From Octopus vulgaris (lineage: Eukaryota), in NCBI GenBank assembly GCA_951406725.2, contig OX597832.1:14880001-14944000 (forward strand): DNA of 64,000 nucleotides, given 5' to 3'. The position numbers and the translations under genes were made by a program. Positions 1-14,900 of the stretch are shown here, in pieces; the stretch's first letter is position 1; every line of letters begins with the position of its first letter. The notes beneath the pieces were generated by a model. It was not told the DNA's origin and did not search any database. It saw nothing but the letters and a program-made list of their open reading frames with translations.

Positions 1-620
1 GGAAAGCATCCGGTTGGGATCTGCAACGATAACGGGTGAGTATCTCTTGCGTTTTTCCCCGAACATCAGCTCGTCATCAACAAAACATCTCGCAGCAAAG
101 AGAAATCTAGAGGCATACCCGATTAAAATACTGGTACTTACTACACTGCGTCCTAATGTGCCAACATTGTCAGTCTGATATCATGCAGGCCATAGTCATG
201 CCCAGGGAGAATGCCTTACTGACCATCGCCTGATCTTTTACAAATTCAAACCGTGAAAATAGAGGGATAACCAAGAGCAAGAAAATCAAAACTAGTTTGT
301 GTGCTGATAAACGAAGTGAAAGTAAACTTCTAGGCAGACTTACAGATAATGCTTGATCAATCCAATTACCCGTCTGATCCGTCTCCAACTGCAGACGTCT
401 GTGTGTTTTCGAATAAAAGAAAACAAAGATTGGGTTGACGAAAATGTTGTACTGATCTTGGAATTATTTAAAAAGAAGAGGTCTGCCCAGCTAGCACACC
501 TGGCACAACCGCCATGCCCTGAGAAGAAAGGGGCCTTTAACCAAGGTTACAGATCTCTGTAGCGCAGATTCCTTGGTGTTAAGAATGTGTGATGGCCAAT
601 CTCGCACAACCAACCACGCT
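1..620 (+). mobile_element. Degenerate RTE/BovB-type LINE fragment (C-terminal part of APE endonuclease plus linker)
   Basis: Hand translation across frameshifts gives GKHPVGICNDNG, LAFFPEHQLVIN, HTRLKYWYLLHCVL, CLTDHRLI and NKDWVDEN. These match the RTE ORF2 motifs GxCNxNG, HPRSKHWHLLDY, TDHRL and DWFDEN. Runs off the window start. Confidence 0.75.
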
Positions 621-634
621 GAGAACTACGAGAA

Positions 635-635
<1 letters not shown>

Positions 636-702
<67 letters not shown>
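636..702. repeat. (TA)n microsatellite
   Basis: Directly visible. Confidence 0.98.
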
Positions 703-705
<3 letters not shown>

Positions 706-800
706 AGTGGTGTTCTCAACCACTTAAGTGTTAATTTCACGAGCATGCTCTTCAGTTAATCGGATCAACTGGAACCATCGCTGTTGTAAAGGACGGATGA
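703..800 (+). mobile_element. 3' tail fragment of SINE family A (tail type 1)
   Basis: ccacttaagtgttaatttcacgagcatgct...atcggatcaactggaacc...gacgga aligns with the reverse complement of 19352-19450. Confidence 0.75.
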
Positions 801-982
801 ATATAAGTATTTGCGGATATATAAATGGATTATCAAATGACGATGTAATGCATATATTGTGTGTTTGATAAACAGCTCTTCATATAAATGGTATTATAAT
901 AGTTGCAAGGAATGCAAGAAATATGTTGCAATTTCTAAAACATAAGGTATTTAATATGACAGATTGGTTACCTTTTATCTTT

Positions 983-1192
983 TGGCAGAATCTTTGGCAC
1001 GCCGGGTGAAATTCTTTGCGGTAGTTCGTCTGCCGTCACGTTCTGAGTTCAAATTCCACCGAGGTCGAATTTACATTTCATCCTTTCGGGGTCGATTAGT
1101 TATGCACTGGGGTGGATGTAATCGACTTAATCCATTTGTCTGTCCTTGTTTGTCCCCTCTATGTTGAACTCCCTGTGGGCAATAAATGAATA
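983..1192 (+). mobile_element. SINE family B copy (tRNA-like head)
   Basis: tggcagaa...gttctgagttcaaattcc (B-box-like)...catcctttcggggtcgat...tgtgggcaataaa; aligns with the copies at 9173, 46518 and 50247. Confidence 0.88.
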
Positions 1193-2362
1193 TATATTGA
1201 CATGGCTGGTTAGTCAGTTGCCATCGAAACGAGGAAATAAGCCCAGCTATTCAGCTGAAAATCATTCGAAATGCACTATTTCGGAATAATCAGGAGATGA
1301 TGTTGACTCTGTAAATATTTGTATAATTTCATATTCTGCGTGAATAAACAATTGTAAATTTGTATTGCTTGCAAATCCTAGAAATTTGTTCTAAATATTT
1401 ATGCTATATGCAGTTTTATTAAGAATTGTGTCTTACTATAGTCGAAGAGTGGTGAGTACATCCCTTCCTTGTTATAAACATATTGATCACACTGACACAT
1501 ACGTTCGAAAACATGCATCCCATTGAAAAAATATAGTTGAAAATATTTTACACCTTTTATTGTTACTAGCTTTTAACTTCATTTAACTTCACTGACCGTG
1601 TGTTTACTTATTCAGTTACAGGATTTCTTCCTTCTCGTTTATCTTCCTAACCACTCCTCCAAACGGCGTCACACTAGTGTCTTACTATAACATACATTCA
1701 TGCCTTTGTACCTCCACATTCATATGTGGACGTAATGCATTCACACAGATTTATGACTACACAACACGTCTATGATTAAAAAAAAAGTGAACTCTGTATT
1801 TTCATAAATGCATTGATTTATCTCTCCCAAACATAAAACACGTTGTTCACGCTTGAATTATAATGGCGAAAGAACAGTCCAATTGCTTCATAGACGATCG
1901 CAGAAATAGTTACAAAAGAATCACAAAATTGTTGATTTTTTTTTATAAATATCAGCATTCATTACCTCCAACTGCAGATCAATTTCCAAAAAATAAGAGT
2001 GACAAAAGCAAAAGCAAAAACAAGAATAAAAGTAACAAGAAACAACACAACGGCAGCAGAAAAATTATTACATGACTAGCAGCCGTAGTCACTCCTCACT
2101 ACTAGCATAATTGCTGACCTATTAAACGCCATCACCAGTGATTCAGTGTCCAGTAAACCACAACCCCCATATCTTCATAATACCACAACTGATCACAATT
2201 CAGCATCACTGTCATTATGTTTTACTGCTGCTATCACAAGCAAATAGCAACACTATAACGACCAGCCGCCAATCGTCATAGTCAAGCCACTCAAAAGCCC
2301 AACTCTCTCAGAATAACACTAGAGATTTTCATATCCATTGCCACCTTATTCTAAGATTAAAT

Positions 2363-2673
2363 ACGCCCTTCGCACATGATTGACCATGAAATTGCAACTA
2401 GAAAGTTCACTCCTAAGGCACCATTTCTGGCAACGCCATTTATGCATATCAGATGCCCCTCTACTCGCAACTCATGCAATCAGATAGGATAACAAATGCC
2501 GATACAGATTGACGTTAGTGAACTCACAACTCATTTCTACAACTGAGTGGACTGGGGCACTATAAATTAAAGAGTCTTGCTCAAGAACACAACACACATC
2601 TCAGTAAGAGAATCGAACTGGCCAACTCATGATTGCGAGCTCGGCGCTCTAACCACTGAGCCATGAACCTTCA
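2363..2673 (-). mobile_element. tRNA-derived SINE family D, diverged
   Basis: Minus strand reads tggctcagtggttagagc (A box)...gttcgattc (B box)...gtgttcttgagcaagac...ccagtccactcagttgtagaaatgagt, then a tail. The tail end is approximate. Confidence 0.7.
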
Positions 2674-3001
2674 ATGGAAATACCATTAGCACGTCTTCTC
2701 CAGATAGTAAAGAATTATTCTTTTTTTCCCTCCGCGTCCACATCGGAGTTGTATAATAAATATGCCAACTGTACCTAAAGGAAAATCTCTGATTATACCG
2801 CAATTCTCAACCTGAGAGACTATGGATTGGTACTGGCTGCAGCTGCTCCCATTTTCATCAAAATATATATTATTAAATGTAAGTGTACACTATGCTCCAG
2901 GATCTAGCCAGAAAAGTTACATATTATAAACGGCGTGGTTTAGGATAGTTTAAAACTTCTTTTTATCAAGCAGACTCATTTTGTCCCTCGACTTTTAATA
3001 A

Positions 3002-3016
3002 CAATAATGATGATAA

Positions 3017-3079
<63 letters not shown>

Positions 3080-3080
3080 C

Positions 3081-3116
<36 letters not shown>

Positions 3117-3186
3117 TGTTGTAGTAGTAGTAGTAGTAGTGCCAATAGTAGTAGTATTTTTTAGTAGTCATAATATTAATAATAGC

Positions 3187-3217
<31 letters not shown>

Positions 3218-3293
3218 TAATAATAATAGCAATAACAATGATAATAATAATAATAATAATAGCAATAACAATAATAATAATAATAGCAATAAC

Positions 3294-3372
<79 letters not shown>
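3002..3372. repeat. Compound (TAG)n/(TAA)n microsatellite
   Basis: Directly visible; explains the poly-V/poly-I ORFs. Confidence 0.98.
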
Positions 3373-3870
3373 TTACTCATTCTTTATACACAAGTATAAT
3401 AAAATGTTTTCCACATCTTCAAGTATATTATTACCTTTCGCTTCTAGCATTCGGTTTAAAAATTCCTACAAACCTCCTTCTTTTGTTTTTTGGAACTCTA
3501 TATCTACACTTAATCTCTATCTCTGTGTATTCAAATGTCCAGTTGTTTCCGAAAACCCTCTGAAATAAAGTATATGTTCTTGTCTTTTGTAAGAAGCTTA
3601 TACCTGAGACAATAAAATAAAAATATGAACATTCCTTACATCTTTATATCTGACAAAATATATATGGTAAGGTCAAATGGAAATGTTATTGAGAAAAGGA
3701 AAATAAAACGTATAACCTATGCAATCCACAAAAATGTTGTTTACTCCCAAATGATATGCAAACTCTTCTCTTCGTCACATATTTCTAAATCTTTACTAAT
3801 CATTTCCATTCCGGGTCATCCCTGTCATAATGCATATTTTCTATCATTATATTGCTTGGCGTATCTATCT

Positions 3871-3973
3871 ATATATGTGTGTGTGTGTGTGTGTGTATAG
3901 GTATATATGTGTATATGCATGTATGTAAACGTTTATATATTTGCGTATATATATGAATGATATGTATGTATAC

Positions 3974-4052
<79 letters not shown>

Positions 4053-4085
4053 GATAGATAGATAGATAGATGAATACATATATAG
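3871..4085. repeat. Compound (TG)/(CA)/(TA)/(ATAG) microsatellite
   Basis: Directly visible. Confidence 0.95.
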
Positions 4086-5469
4086 TGACAGAGAGTGGCA
4101 GAGAGTTACATATATATCTACGGAGATCACTATCTTTTTATCTATATGCCTTTCCCCCCCACACACACATATACATATACACGTGTGAGTGAGGTTGTTA
4201 GCTAGTTTGTATGCACATACTTATATGCACGCACACACATTCACGAACACATGCACGCTTGCACACACACACACACACTCACACGCATACTACAATAACG
4301 CCACATAAAAAAAAATACTGGGAAAATTGACCGTATATTGCATATTTCTTTGTTATACCTAAACTATTTGTAAGCAGTTCACACATCGTATTTTTTTCTG
4401 ATGCAGATCAGTAAATCACAGTGGAATATAAGTACTCTAACACTATATTGTTTGTCGATTTATGATGGGTTTGTGGCAACAATGTTTTTAGATTATCACG
4501 GACATCTATCGTGGTTATATTTATGCATGGAAACCACTATACTTGGAAACTGATGTTAAGTTCCACATTAATGTGAAAATCCAGAAGACGAACTATAAGC
4601 AAACACAAACAGGAAAATCACGTAAAAATAATATTAACACTGTCATTGTAACTTGCAGCGATGGAAAACGAGATATAATTTCATTCATGAAAATTTATCA
4701 AACTGATAGACGCGTAGAGAGAAGTCGGAGGACAGAAGATGTATTTGGAGGATAAAGTTTGTGAATGTAGATCTTTAACTATTGTGAACGTAAGAAAAGT
4801 GCTTCGAGCTATGTGGTTTCCGGTACAGGAGAATATAATTATAGGTGAGTAAATATCGGTCATGCCATGAAAAAGAATGACAGGAAGTGTGTAAAGATGC
4901 ATATATATATATGAATGGGAGGGAGCGTTTAAGATAGTATGTGTAAGTGTGCATGGAACAAGGCGTATGTGAGTGCGTGTGCATGTATGTGTGTGCGAGA
5001 GAAGGAGTATTTGTGAATTTGATTGATTAGGTTGTTTCGTAGGTATAAAAGTATCTAAATATATCGCTCTATATTTGCTTGTCAACAAGTATGATATTCG
5101 AATATCGAGCAGTGATACAAGACACGTAATGTACACAACACTATAAGTATTCGAGGCTGTTCACCAAGGTTTCTTCTTTACTAGAGTTTCTTCGCCAAGT
5201 TCTTCTTTCCTTCCGGATAAAGTAATCATTATTTATGTGGATCTGGGAGGTAGGGTATGGCAATGCTGTTTATAATGTGTTGCGTGTAAGTCAATCAAGC
5301 TGTGCGGTGTTTAGTGTGTCTCTATTGTGTATGTATGTGGACGCGTGAGAAAGTGTAATTGTTTTAGAGGAGATATCATTGATTACTCAGGCCTGAATTC
5401 GTGGGGAGAGCGTTCTGAGAGGAAAAAAAGGCATTGTCGGTTTCACTAAAATTTGAAATAAGGACGAAA

Positions 5470-5795
5470 CTATATAAACATCGGAAAAACTTTACGTATA
5501 TTTATGTTGACTTAACATTCAAGTCACAAAGACAGCGTTTCATGCTTCTGATTAAAAAGTGCTGAGGTCATTAGCTGACTGCAAAGTGGGTGACCAGTAT
5601 AGAAGCTGGGCCCATAATGGGTGTTGTGTAACCCGTCCCAGACTCCTCACTGCCTGGGCTAAAGTTTTACGCCATATGGCTTTTGCCATCCCAATGATTT
5701 GGAGAGAGCCCAAAGATCACACATCAAATTGTTACTTCTGCTTGGTGAACATACACAGTTTAACATCAACATCCAAGCATAATATAGAGTATTAT
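5470..5795 (+). mobile_element. DNA transposase N-terminal remnant, Chapaev3 (CMC)-like
   Basis: ORF 5559-5810 contains CKVGDQYRSWAHNGCC...MAFAIPMIWREPKDHTSNCYFC. This matches the GDQDKxWAPHxxC...PMxWREPxxHxxDCYFC zinc-binding motif of a widespread DNA transposase family. The family name is from recall. Confidence 0.62.
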
Positions 5796-6559
5796 TACAT
5801 CAATCCTTGAACTTCAGTTGTACAGCAAATTATTGACCCTGAAATCATGAAGGTCATATTTCACCTTCGTGGGATACGAGCTTAAAACTTAAAATATATG
5901 AAGGAATACCGCAAACGAGTTTCTCGACGCGTTTATAATGCAGACATATGCAGACATATAAGACAGTTCGCCGACTACCTAAGGTATTTGGATACTGAGA
6001 AGATTTGTAAGCCAGGTGTATTCAGCGTTATTCTCGTTTAGTGTATGTTGGAAAATTAAGTGACACATCATTTTTTTTTTTAATTTCATAAAGAAAATCT
6101 GGAAGCTGATATTTTACCGAGAAGAAAGCAAATTTCGAATGCAGTATAGCTATGAAAACAGCAGAAAGACTGCTTAAACACCCCTAGCAGACGGAGGAAA
6201 TCATCTGTGAATATTTACCCAGCTGTTTTTACATTCATACTGCGTTCCGAATTTACACTCGAGGTGAATGAGCTGCTGAGTAATTATAAAATTGCTAGAA
6301 CACAAACTGTTGGCTTGACAACGATATCGAACAGTACGTATGAAGATGTCCAAAAGAATGCCATGTGTTATACTCCAAGCTTTAGGATATCGGAAATATC
6401 TACAATTTAATTTTAAGATCAAGACCGACCAAATTTCAATAGGACTGATTTCGCCTATGCATCTTAAAGCAGCCCGAAGGGCTGAGTTAAGTCCGTTATA
6501 ACTGGCATCCTTAGGACGCGCCCACAGATGAAGCGTAAATTGGGAAGTTGAGAATTGAA

Positions 6560-6940
6560 AAAAGATATCACATGCTACGTTTCTGAAAGGAGAACTGCAG
6601 ACTCTAGTGAAACAAATATGTATCAAGAGGATATAGACGTCCGGATATTGAGGTTATGTGAAAGAGATTATGAACTTATGGATGTTACAATGTTGTGCAT
6701 GAAGTGGGTAACAGAAATGGTTATATGCAATGAAACTAGAGGCAGAGATTCAAAATGCTAAATGCAGGGAACTGGAAACATGTAGGTTGTTTGTGTTAGA
6801 GAGTATTGCAGAAGTTGTGGTGAAGGTAACGGTGGGAGCATGCAGGAATATGTTACGAAACCTTTGAAGTTCCGAACAAGGAATGGAAAGGTGGATTTAA
6901 GTTTAGAAGTTGTCAATGTTGAGTGGCACAGAAAGATTCA
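6560..6940 (+). mobile_element. Possible highly degraded RTE LINE 3' end
   Basis: Purine-rich stretch with weak resemblance to the RTE C-terminus; no clean motif. Confidence 0.3.
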
Positions 6941-6997
6941 ACATATAGTAGCGCATATCGGAGGGTCTTATCTAGTATGTTTGGTTTCCAACTGTAT

Positions 6998-7010
6998 AAT
7001 ATATATATAA

Positions 7011-7101
<91 letters not shown>

Positions 7102-7161
7102 CATTTATGTGTGTATATACATATGTATACATACATATATATATATGTGTGTGTGTGTGGA

Positions 7162-7193
<32 letters not shown>

Positions 7194-7260
7194 TATATGT
7201 ATTCATATACGTGCATATGAATATACACTCATATACGTATATACATGCGTATATTTACAT
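6998..7260. repeat. (TA)n/(TG)n compound microsatellite
   Basis: Directly visible. Confidence 0.95.
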
Positions 7261-8428
7261 ACTCATACAAGCACATATACCTATTCAGATGCATTTATAA
7301 ATATTTATGTTTTCAGTATTAGTTTATACCCTTTTATTTTTCAGATTGATTTCCCGATCAGTTCCAAGGCCACGGTGGCACGGAGTGTATTTATAGAAAT
7401 TCCTCATATTATCTGCTTGGAAACAGATTTTGTGTGAATCTCTATGTAACTACAATCTATAAAGCATTATATTTATTGGTATTCGTAGCGAAAATGCGTG
7501 TATTATTTCGTTCGTTTTTGCCTGCAACACTAAATCCAATCTTTTTATATCTCTCGCAATCCAAAGATACATATCTATCATGCAGGTGTGTATATGCGTG
7601 TATGGAGTGCATGTATCTTAGTATATACATATATAGCCTATGGGAATCAGGAGAGGAAAGACTGCAAACTGTTTCTGTTTGTCAGGGACTGTTAAAACAA
7701 ATAGATACGCAAACGATTACGTAAACATATGTAAATCATTATATGCTGTTGTATATGCGTTTTATATATCTGTAATTGTGTGTATGGGTACTTTAGTGCC
7801 TGTCGAAGGGTGATGCTTGAATATCTGTGCGCACACATTCAAAGAGAATAATTCTGTATTGTTTCAGAGAAAGTTGTTTTTCTCTACTTGTATATAGTTT
7901 TGAAGTAACTGACGAACAGATATTAGAAAAAAATACATTCCCCATGCATACATAAGGAAGCCATTCCATGCAACAAATAATAAATATCTTCAAACCACAA
8001 ATTGTATCTTTATTGTTTATTGAAGCTACTAACTTTAATGGGAGATTTAAAATACGGAAGATCAAAAGATCAAAACCACTAAGGTTACGATTCATGGAAA
8101 AAAAGGGCCACTGACGTTTGAATATTTTCTCTCTCTCTATGTTTTTTTTACTTGTGAGGGAACATCCAACAATATGATTGAAGTGGAGAACACACATAAC
8201 AATTGGATACACAATAGTGAAAACAATAAGAGCAAAATTCGATATTACTATCGACAACGATAACAATATCGATAGCGAATCACCACACCATCATCATTGT
8301 GTGTAGGCGCAAGATCTTAAGAGAATGCTGAAACGAAACAAAACGTAAAACTTTTATATTATCATATAATCATAACATGAGAAACGACAAAATAAAAGTG
8401 TTTGCAATAAAAAGGCCAATATATATAC

Positions 8429-8506
<78 letters not shown>

Positions 8507-9172
8507 CGTTATATTCAACGCAAAAATATATACGCGGCTACAACAATTAAAAGCTATATATACACAATGTATTCTCAGTAACATCGAAAATAAATAAAAA
8601 ATAACAGACAATACGATTACAGAAGTAAGATGAGGAAAACAATGGGAATTGCATCCGTTCCAGAAATAACTGCAGCTCAAAATATGTGATGTAAATGATC
8701 AGAAACAACTAAATTATTTTAAACAAGGAATACGGGGAAATGTCTCAATGATTAATTAATCTAAGTAGAAATAGAATCCAAATCTCAAACCAAAACTTAT
8801 TTACCCTAACGAATGAAAATATAAATGAGTTTATCTAGTCCAGGTACCTTAGTAAGACCACGTCGTTCATTAGGATACTTTTCATGATAATTTCGCTTAA
8901 TCAATTATAATGTTAGGGTAACAACAAAATTACCAGTCATGTCTTACAATAGTTTATAAGGTTCAAAATGAAGTAAAGATGAAACAACCTATGGTTTTAA
9001 ATATGTAGGTGGGATATTCTTTTGCCAGCCACGGAAAGATAAAAAAGCATTGAGGTAAATCGAATGACGCATCAAAATGTCGATCGACAATCTATTTGAT
9101 ACTTCACAAACTACATGAATACTTCCTTTACAACACTGCTTATATGAGCGAAATTGTGCAATATAATATATA

Positions 9173-9395
9173 CTTCTTTACTACCCACAAGGGGCTAAAC
9201 ACAGAGGGGACAAATAAGGACAGACAAACGGATTAAGTCGATTACATCGAACCCAGTGCGTAACTGGTACTTAATTTATCGACCCCGAAAGGATGAAAGG
9301 CAAAGTCGACCTCGACGGAATTTGAACTCAGAACGTAACGGCAGACAAAATACGGCTACGCATTTCGCCGGCGTGCTAACGTTTCTGCCAGCTCG
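9173..9395 (-). mobile_element. SINE family B, near full-length
   Basis: The reverse complement closely matches 46521-46750. Flanked by taatatata on both sides (9164-9172 and 9396-9404), a possible TSD. Confidence 0.92.
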
Positions 9396-10363
9396 TAATA
9401 TATATTAGCTTAGTAACTATGAAATCAAACCTGAACTTTAAATATACAAATCAGTAGAGGATTCTATTAATCTGTTGCACATAATTTGAAACGAATATGA
9501 TGGAAATATGGGTAAACAACTAAATAAATTCTTCTCTGATTTGTTTTTTAGTATTAATAATAGCAGCAACATCAAATGAAACAGAGTAACAAGGAAGTGT
9601 TCCTTCGAAAAGGGTTATCATTCAGAGCTAGTAATAAGAGAAGACTCACGTCGAATGTCATAAAAATGGGAAGAACACGTTCAATAATATGGTGCAGATA
9701 TACTAAATCACAATCTGATTATGCTCGAATTTCATTCAATAGCAAATAGGAGTGTGGATGCTGGCGTCGGGAAAACATAAATCATGTGAATATGATTCCA
9801 CCTGGTGCTACAACATGCAGAAGACAAAATTTTTGATTTCTTGATTCTAAATACAATTTCTAAAATTATTGAAATGTCTTTTAAATGTCACGTTATTTTG
9901 GGAGTGCATTTTTAATATCTACAATGTCTCATATTAACCATTCTAGTGTATATACCTGAAAAAGTTATCCGACAATTTATACCATTTGCTCTAAATGTTT
10001 CTTGTAAATGTTGTTCTAAAATGCAAATACTTATTAATACACCTATAGGTGTTTCTTATAGACTTGTGTAATATTTCATGTTGATTTATTTCCATTCATT
10101 AAAGATCTCTTTGTAACAGATATCAGAAAGAAAAACATCGTTGTAAAAACAGGTGATTTATTTTTAAGGGAAAAAGTAACCAAGTTCAAATCAACAGGAT
10201 CATTGAATAAGTAACTAAAACACTCAAAACTGCAATCTTAAGAACTTGAATACAATTATAATTGCTTTCCCATAACGATCAGCAGGATAAAATGAACACA
10301 GTATACATATACATTGATGGTATTGAGGTAATAAAAAATTTCGTTGCACAAGCTGCTAATATG

Positions 10364-10411
<48 letters not shown>

Positions 10412-10533
10412 TACTTCATTGGAGTGTTCTGCAGAAGTCACTTTTTTAACGTAGCAATATAACCTGCCTATGGAAAATATCGCACAGTGTTAGAAACAGG
10501 AGTGTGCGCACAGAAATAAGTAAGTCTATGCAT

Positions 10534-10745
<212 letters not shown>

Positions 10746-10769
10746 AATGCATGGGTTGGCACCAAACTT

Positions 10770-11340
10770 TGGAATTGAGAATTATACCAGACATTGCAAT
10801 GGACGTCGCTGCACTGCTCCAAAAGACAGAAACCAGGCTTTGCGACCATCAGAATTTTTAATAGAAATTTGAGTAAATTTGAGCGTCTCAGTTAAGTGTA
10901 ATCGTGACACTGATCTTCATGGTGATTCTTTCAGACATGCGATCAGTAACACATATACTCACACTTACTATCTATGCCGACAAAAGTAGTACAATCGGTT
11001 AAGGTACATTCTGATGCTAATCTTCTACAGAAAGGTGTAGATGGCATATATAAATGGGTTGAGGACAACAACACGCAATTCTATGCGGGAAAATTCCAAG
11101 CTCTCCCCTACCAGGTAATTGTTGCTCAGAAGTCATAGCAGCGATATTTTGGATCAAAAGTACCAGAAATCCGAGAATCACAGACGTGTGTGACTGATAT
11201 GAGCTACGATGCGTCGTTTCATATGCATGTCGCCAGTGTGTAGGCGAATGCCGGGTCGAGTCTGGCAACCTTCAGTACAAGAGGATAGGAAACATTTGTC
11301 CTCAGGCCGCCTGGATAACTGCTCTCAACTCTGGTCACGC
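10770..11340 (-). mobile_element. Possible degraded 3' part of a CRE/R2-group (RLE endonuclease) LINE
   Basis: Raised GC. The minus strand weakly resembles the RPD...D endonuclease region and the terminal FLxQRLSxxxQRGN motif (DGRKAWF...LEQCS...CN). Confidence 0.3.
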
Positions 11341-11374
11341 TAAACTGTAGGATTAACAGTAGGACGTCAGGCGG

Positions 11375-11880
11375 TTATAAGATACTACACGAGGTAGATT
11401 GCAACAATGGAACAGCTGAGCTACTAGGGGAGCCTGAACGAACTACGACTCTACTCCCTGAAGCGAAGATGGAAGAGGTACGCAGTGATATATGTATATG
11501 GGAGATACTGGAAATTTTGGCATCAAACATTGGAATTGAGGGTTTTGCTAGAACCCAAGGTGGACGTCAATGTACTGTTGCAAAAGTCGCAGCTGTACCA
11601 TCTAGGGCGAGAACAATGTACTGCAATAGCTTTGGATTCAAGGAATCACATATACTTACCTCCTTGCCAAAATATCTGAGTAACCTCGATGGAGGGGGAG
11701 TAGATGTTTGGAAAAAAAAAACCCAATTTAACCTCTTACTATCCAAGATCACAGATGAACCAATTTCAAGGCAGGAAACTCAAATGAGAGCAATGATATC
11801 GAAGTTCACCAAAAGGTTATTACAATGGCAGTGCCCCAGCATAACCGAAGCCTCAAGGCTAAAACATATAGAAGAATAAA
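11375..11880 (+). mobile_element. Degenerate CR1-type LINE 3' fragment
   Basis: Translates as MEQLSY..LNELRLYSLKRRWKRYAVIY..WEILE, then FNLLLSKITDEP. Homologous to LYSLQRRRERYIIC..WKI and LDRFLQRIPDKP in the element at 33.2-33.6 kb. Confidence 0.75.
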
Positions 11881-11893
11881 AGAAAAAATACAC

Positions 11894-11954
<61 letters not shown>

Positions 11955-14900
11955 TTGTACAACTCTATCTCTGTCTGTCTCTCAGCACTTTCACGCTTAT
12001 TCCTTCATTCCACTCTTCGTTCTTTCGTTCCCCATATCTCACATCTCTTCGCCTTCTCTTCTTACTCACTTCCTCTCCACTTTTCACCTCATTGTGTCCA
12101 TGTCCTTTATTCTCGCCCCTCCTTAATTATTCTATCCTTATGCCTCTACTACTCTCTCTTCTCCTCCCCCGTGACTGCCGGTCAGCCTAGCCTGTTCTTT
12201 CATTCTTGGTCTGACCGTTGCCAGTGCAACATCGATATTCTTCCCTGTGTTTGTGAAAATTTTGTATCTCTGCCGTAAGTCTTCATATCCAAACGTGCCT
12301 GCTTAATTCAATTCATCCTAGGTAGAAAGACGGCTGTAGTTATGTCCTGTTATTATTTTTGTTGTATTTATTATAGTTTTTATATTTGTGTAAAGTTCTG
12401 TAAAAACGACTGTCAGTTCCTACTGCGACGATATAGATAACAATATTCTACTCGAGGCTGAACTCAGCAAAATCATTCCAAGATTGTACGTAGTGGTATT
12501 TTCTCCTATAATAGGAGAAGGCTGTTACGTAAGTTAACGCGATGCTATACATCAATTTGAATTTAGTGAATGGAGGAATTTTGAGAACCTACAGTTACGT
12601 AACAAATATCATATACTGCTAAACATCAACGTGTAATTCTCATGAATATTCAAACTTCATTATTAAATCTGAGCCCCAAAATCCATTATTTCACATAGCA
12701 TTTAAGATAGGCATATTGCAGTCTATAAGAGGTACATAATGACAGTATAATTATAAACACAAAGAAATCAAAATATTACACACTTGATGAACCGCTATAT
12801 CACTATAGCATGAAACATCTTTGATTTTATTCTTGTTTAATATTTGTTCTCTAATCTACCCCCACATATTTTATACGCTATTGTCAAAAGGATTTTGAAG
12901 CGAGAGTATCATACAGCTTTATATACACTGGGTCCTTTGTGTTGTATTTTTAAATCGCTAAAGACTCTCTCTATGACTTGTTAAAACCTTGACCCTATTT
13001 GGAATAACAGACGAAAATACGTAAGTGCTGAGCAGTGATTATAACAGAATGCTCTCACACCCAGTCTTGAACTGTCAAAATCTATAAATTCTGTACTTAT
13101 GAAAAACGTATATAAGTTCAATATCCATAACTCACTTAAATAATCAAGTACTGAAACATATTAAATGGAATAATTCCTTCACAAGTATATATGAATGTGA
13201 TTTTTGAGAGTGGTTAGTACTCTCTAGCAATACAAGGTGTCTATAGACACATAGGCACACCTACAGAGACGGTTTCCGACACTCAAACGTGACGAATGCA
13301 TACGCACATATTTAGGCATTCGTATAAACAAAGAAATTCAAACACACACAGATAAATGCATACATACGTGTTTCATGTATGTAACATTGTACGTTTATTT
13401 TCATTTCTCTCCTTGAATTTGTTTAGTTTGCATCTTAAGATGTTTGGTGTTCGAAAAGATGGATTGTGTGACATATTTCTAATATGTATATCCTTCACAA
13501 ATAATATCACAAAGCCAATGGAAACCTTTATAGGTTTAAGAATCTATTTCGTAGAGGAAATTTATCATCGACTTTAAAATATATTTCCACTTCATTTCAC
13601 ATGTTCAAAGCAATCAGTTGTGTGGAAATATGTATCGGGAAGTATTTTGTTATCGATAAACTTTGCATGAAGAAGAATAAATGGAGTGTTCTATTATTTG
13701 AACGATGATATCTCAAATAACCATTTTGCAATTTTATACACATTTCGTTAGACATTTTATGCGTTTATATAAGAAATATTACATACACTAAGAACATGCA
13801 CACATATATTCATAAATGCATGCATACATATTTACATATACATACGCACATATATATATCCACACACACACACGCACACACATATATATACACACACATA
13901 CACACACATACACACACACACATATTGGAGAAAATACTGTAAACTACTTCCCGTAGTTGATATTTATCATATACCTTTAATCGAAGATATATTGGTCATC
14001 TGAGAAAAATATGCCCTTTACCAATATAATGCAGAAAATGTTTTGATTAATTAGATTCAAACTTTCGCCACATAGCACTTGTGATAATTGAAAGAAAAGT
14101 TATAGTCGACACTTCGATGGGGAAAGTTAAGAGTGTTTAAACAAATGATGCAAGCACACTACATTGATTTTAATATTCTATGAAAGGTAAACGAATGTGT
14201 CAGATAATGTTTTACAATACTTCTGCTTCTACGATTAGAAATATTTGCTCATCTGAAATGGGCTTCCCTATATGGTAAAATATATCCTCTGCAAAATGTT
14301 AAATCTGGTTGTATTTACCCGAAAACTGCATGATTTTTTAAATATTCACACATTCTGATATATTTTAATGGGCAAGAATTATTGCAGATTCGAATACACA
14401 CAAATATTTTCCATTTCAAAAAATGAGACAAAAATTTTAATATGTAAGACATTTGTAAATATTCAATGGATAAGAACATAGAATGAAATGAAGAGTACGA
14501 TGCAACAGTACACACACACATATATATAGAGAGAGTAGATATATATTGACAGAATATATATCAGGCTTAAAAACAACAAATTAGTCCTATGGTTGATCTC
14601 TTCGACTAAAAATCTACAAAGCAGTGTTCTAGGATAACCGCAGTCAAAGCAGTGAAACAAGCAAAATACAAAAGATAAAATATATTGGAAGGAATTGGAA
14701 TTAATTTTATATATGTAATGATACAACAATTCACATAAATGAAGAATTATTGTCTTAAGATCAAACTATATTGGATCAAACTATATTGGAGAATAAAAAT
14801 TATCATACGCAATGCCTGGGGAATGTGGTGGGATTTAAAATTTGATGAACTTCATTGTATTTCTAACGAGATCTATGTCTGTGTACACGCTCAGAGACAT

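Noticed and set aside
3007-3399. Poly-V/I/N ORFs, and all YIYIYI / CVCV / THTH ORFs across the window
   Set aside because: They are translations of microsatellites lacking stop codons, not proteins.
7325-7437. Candidate splice acceptor (ccttttatttttcag at 7343) with a short open frame
   Set aside because: No recognisable protein similarity and no convincing donor or partner exons; such sites arise often in AT-rich DNA.
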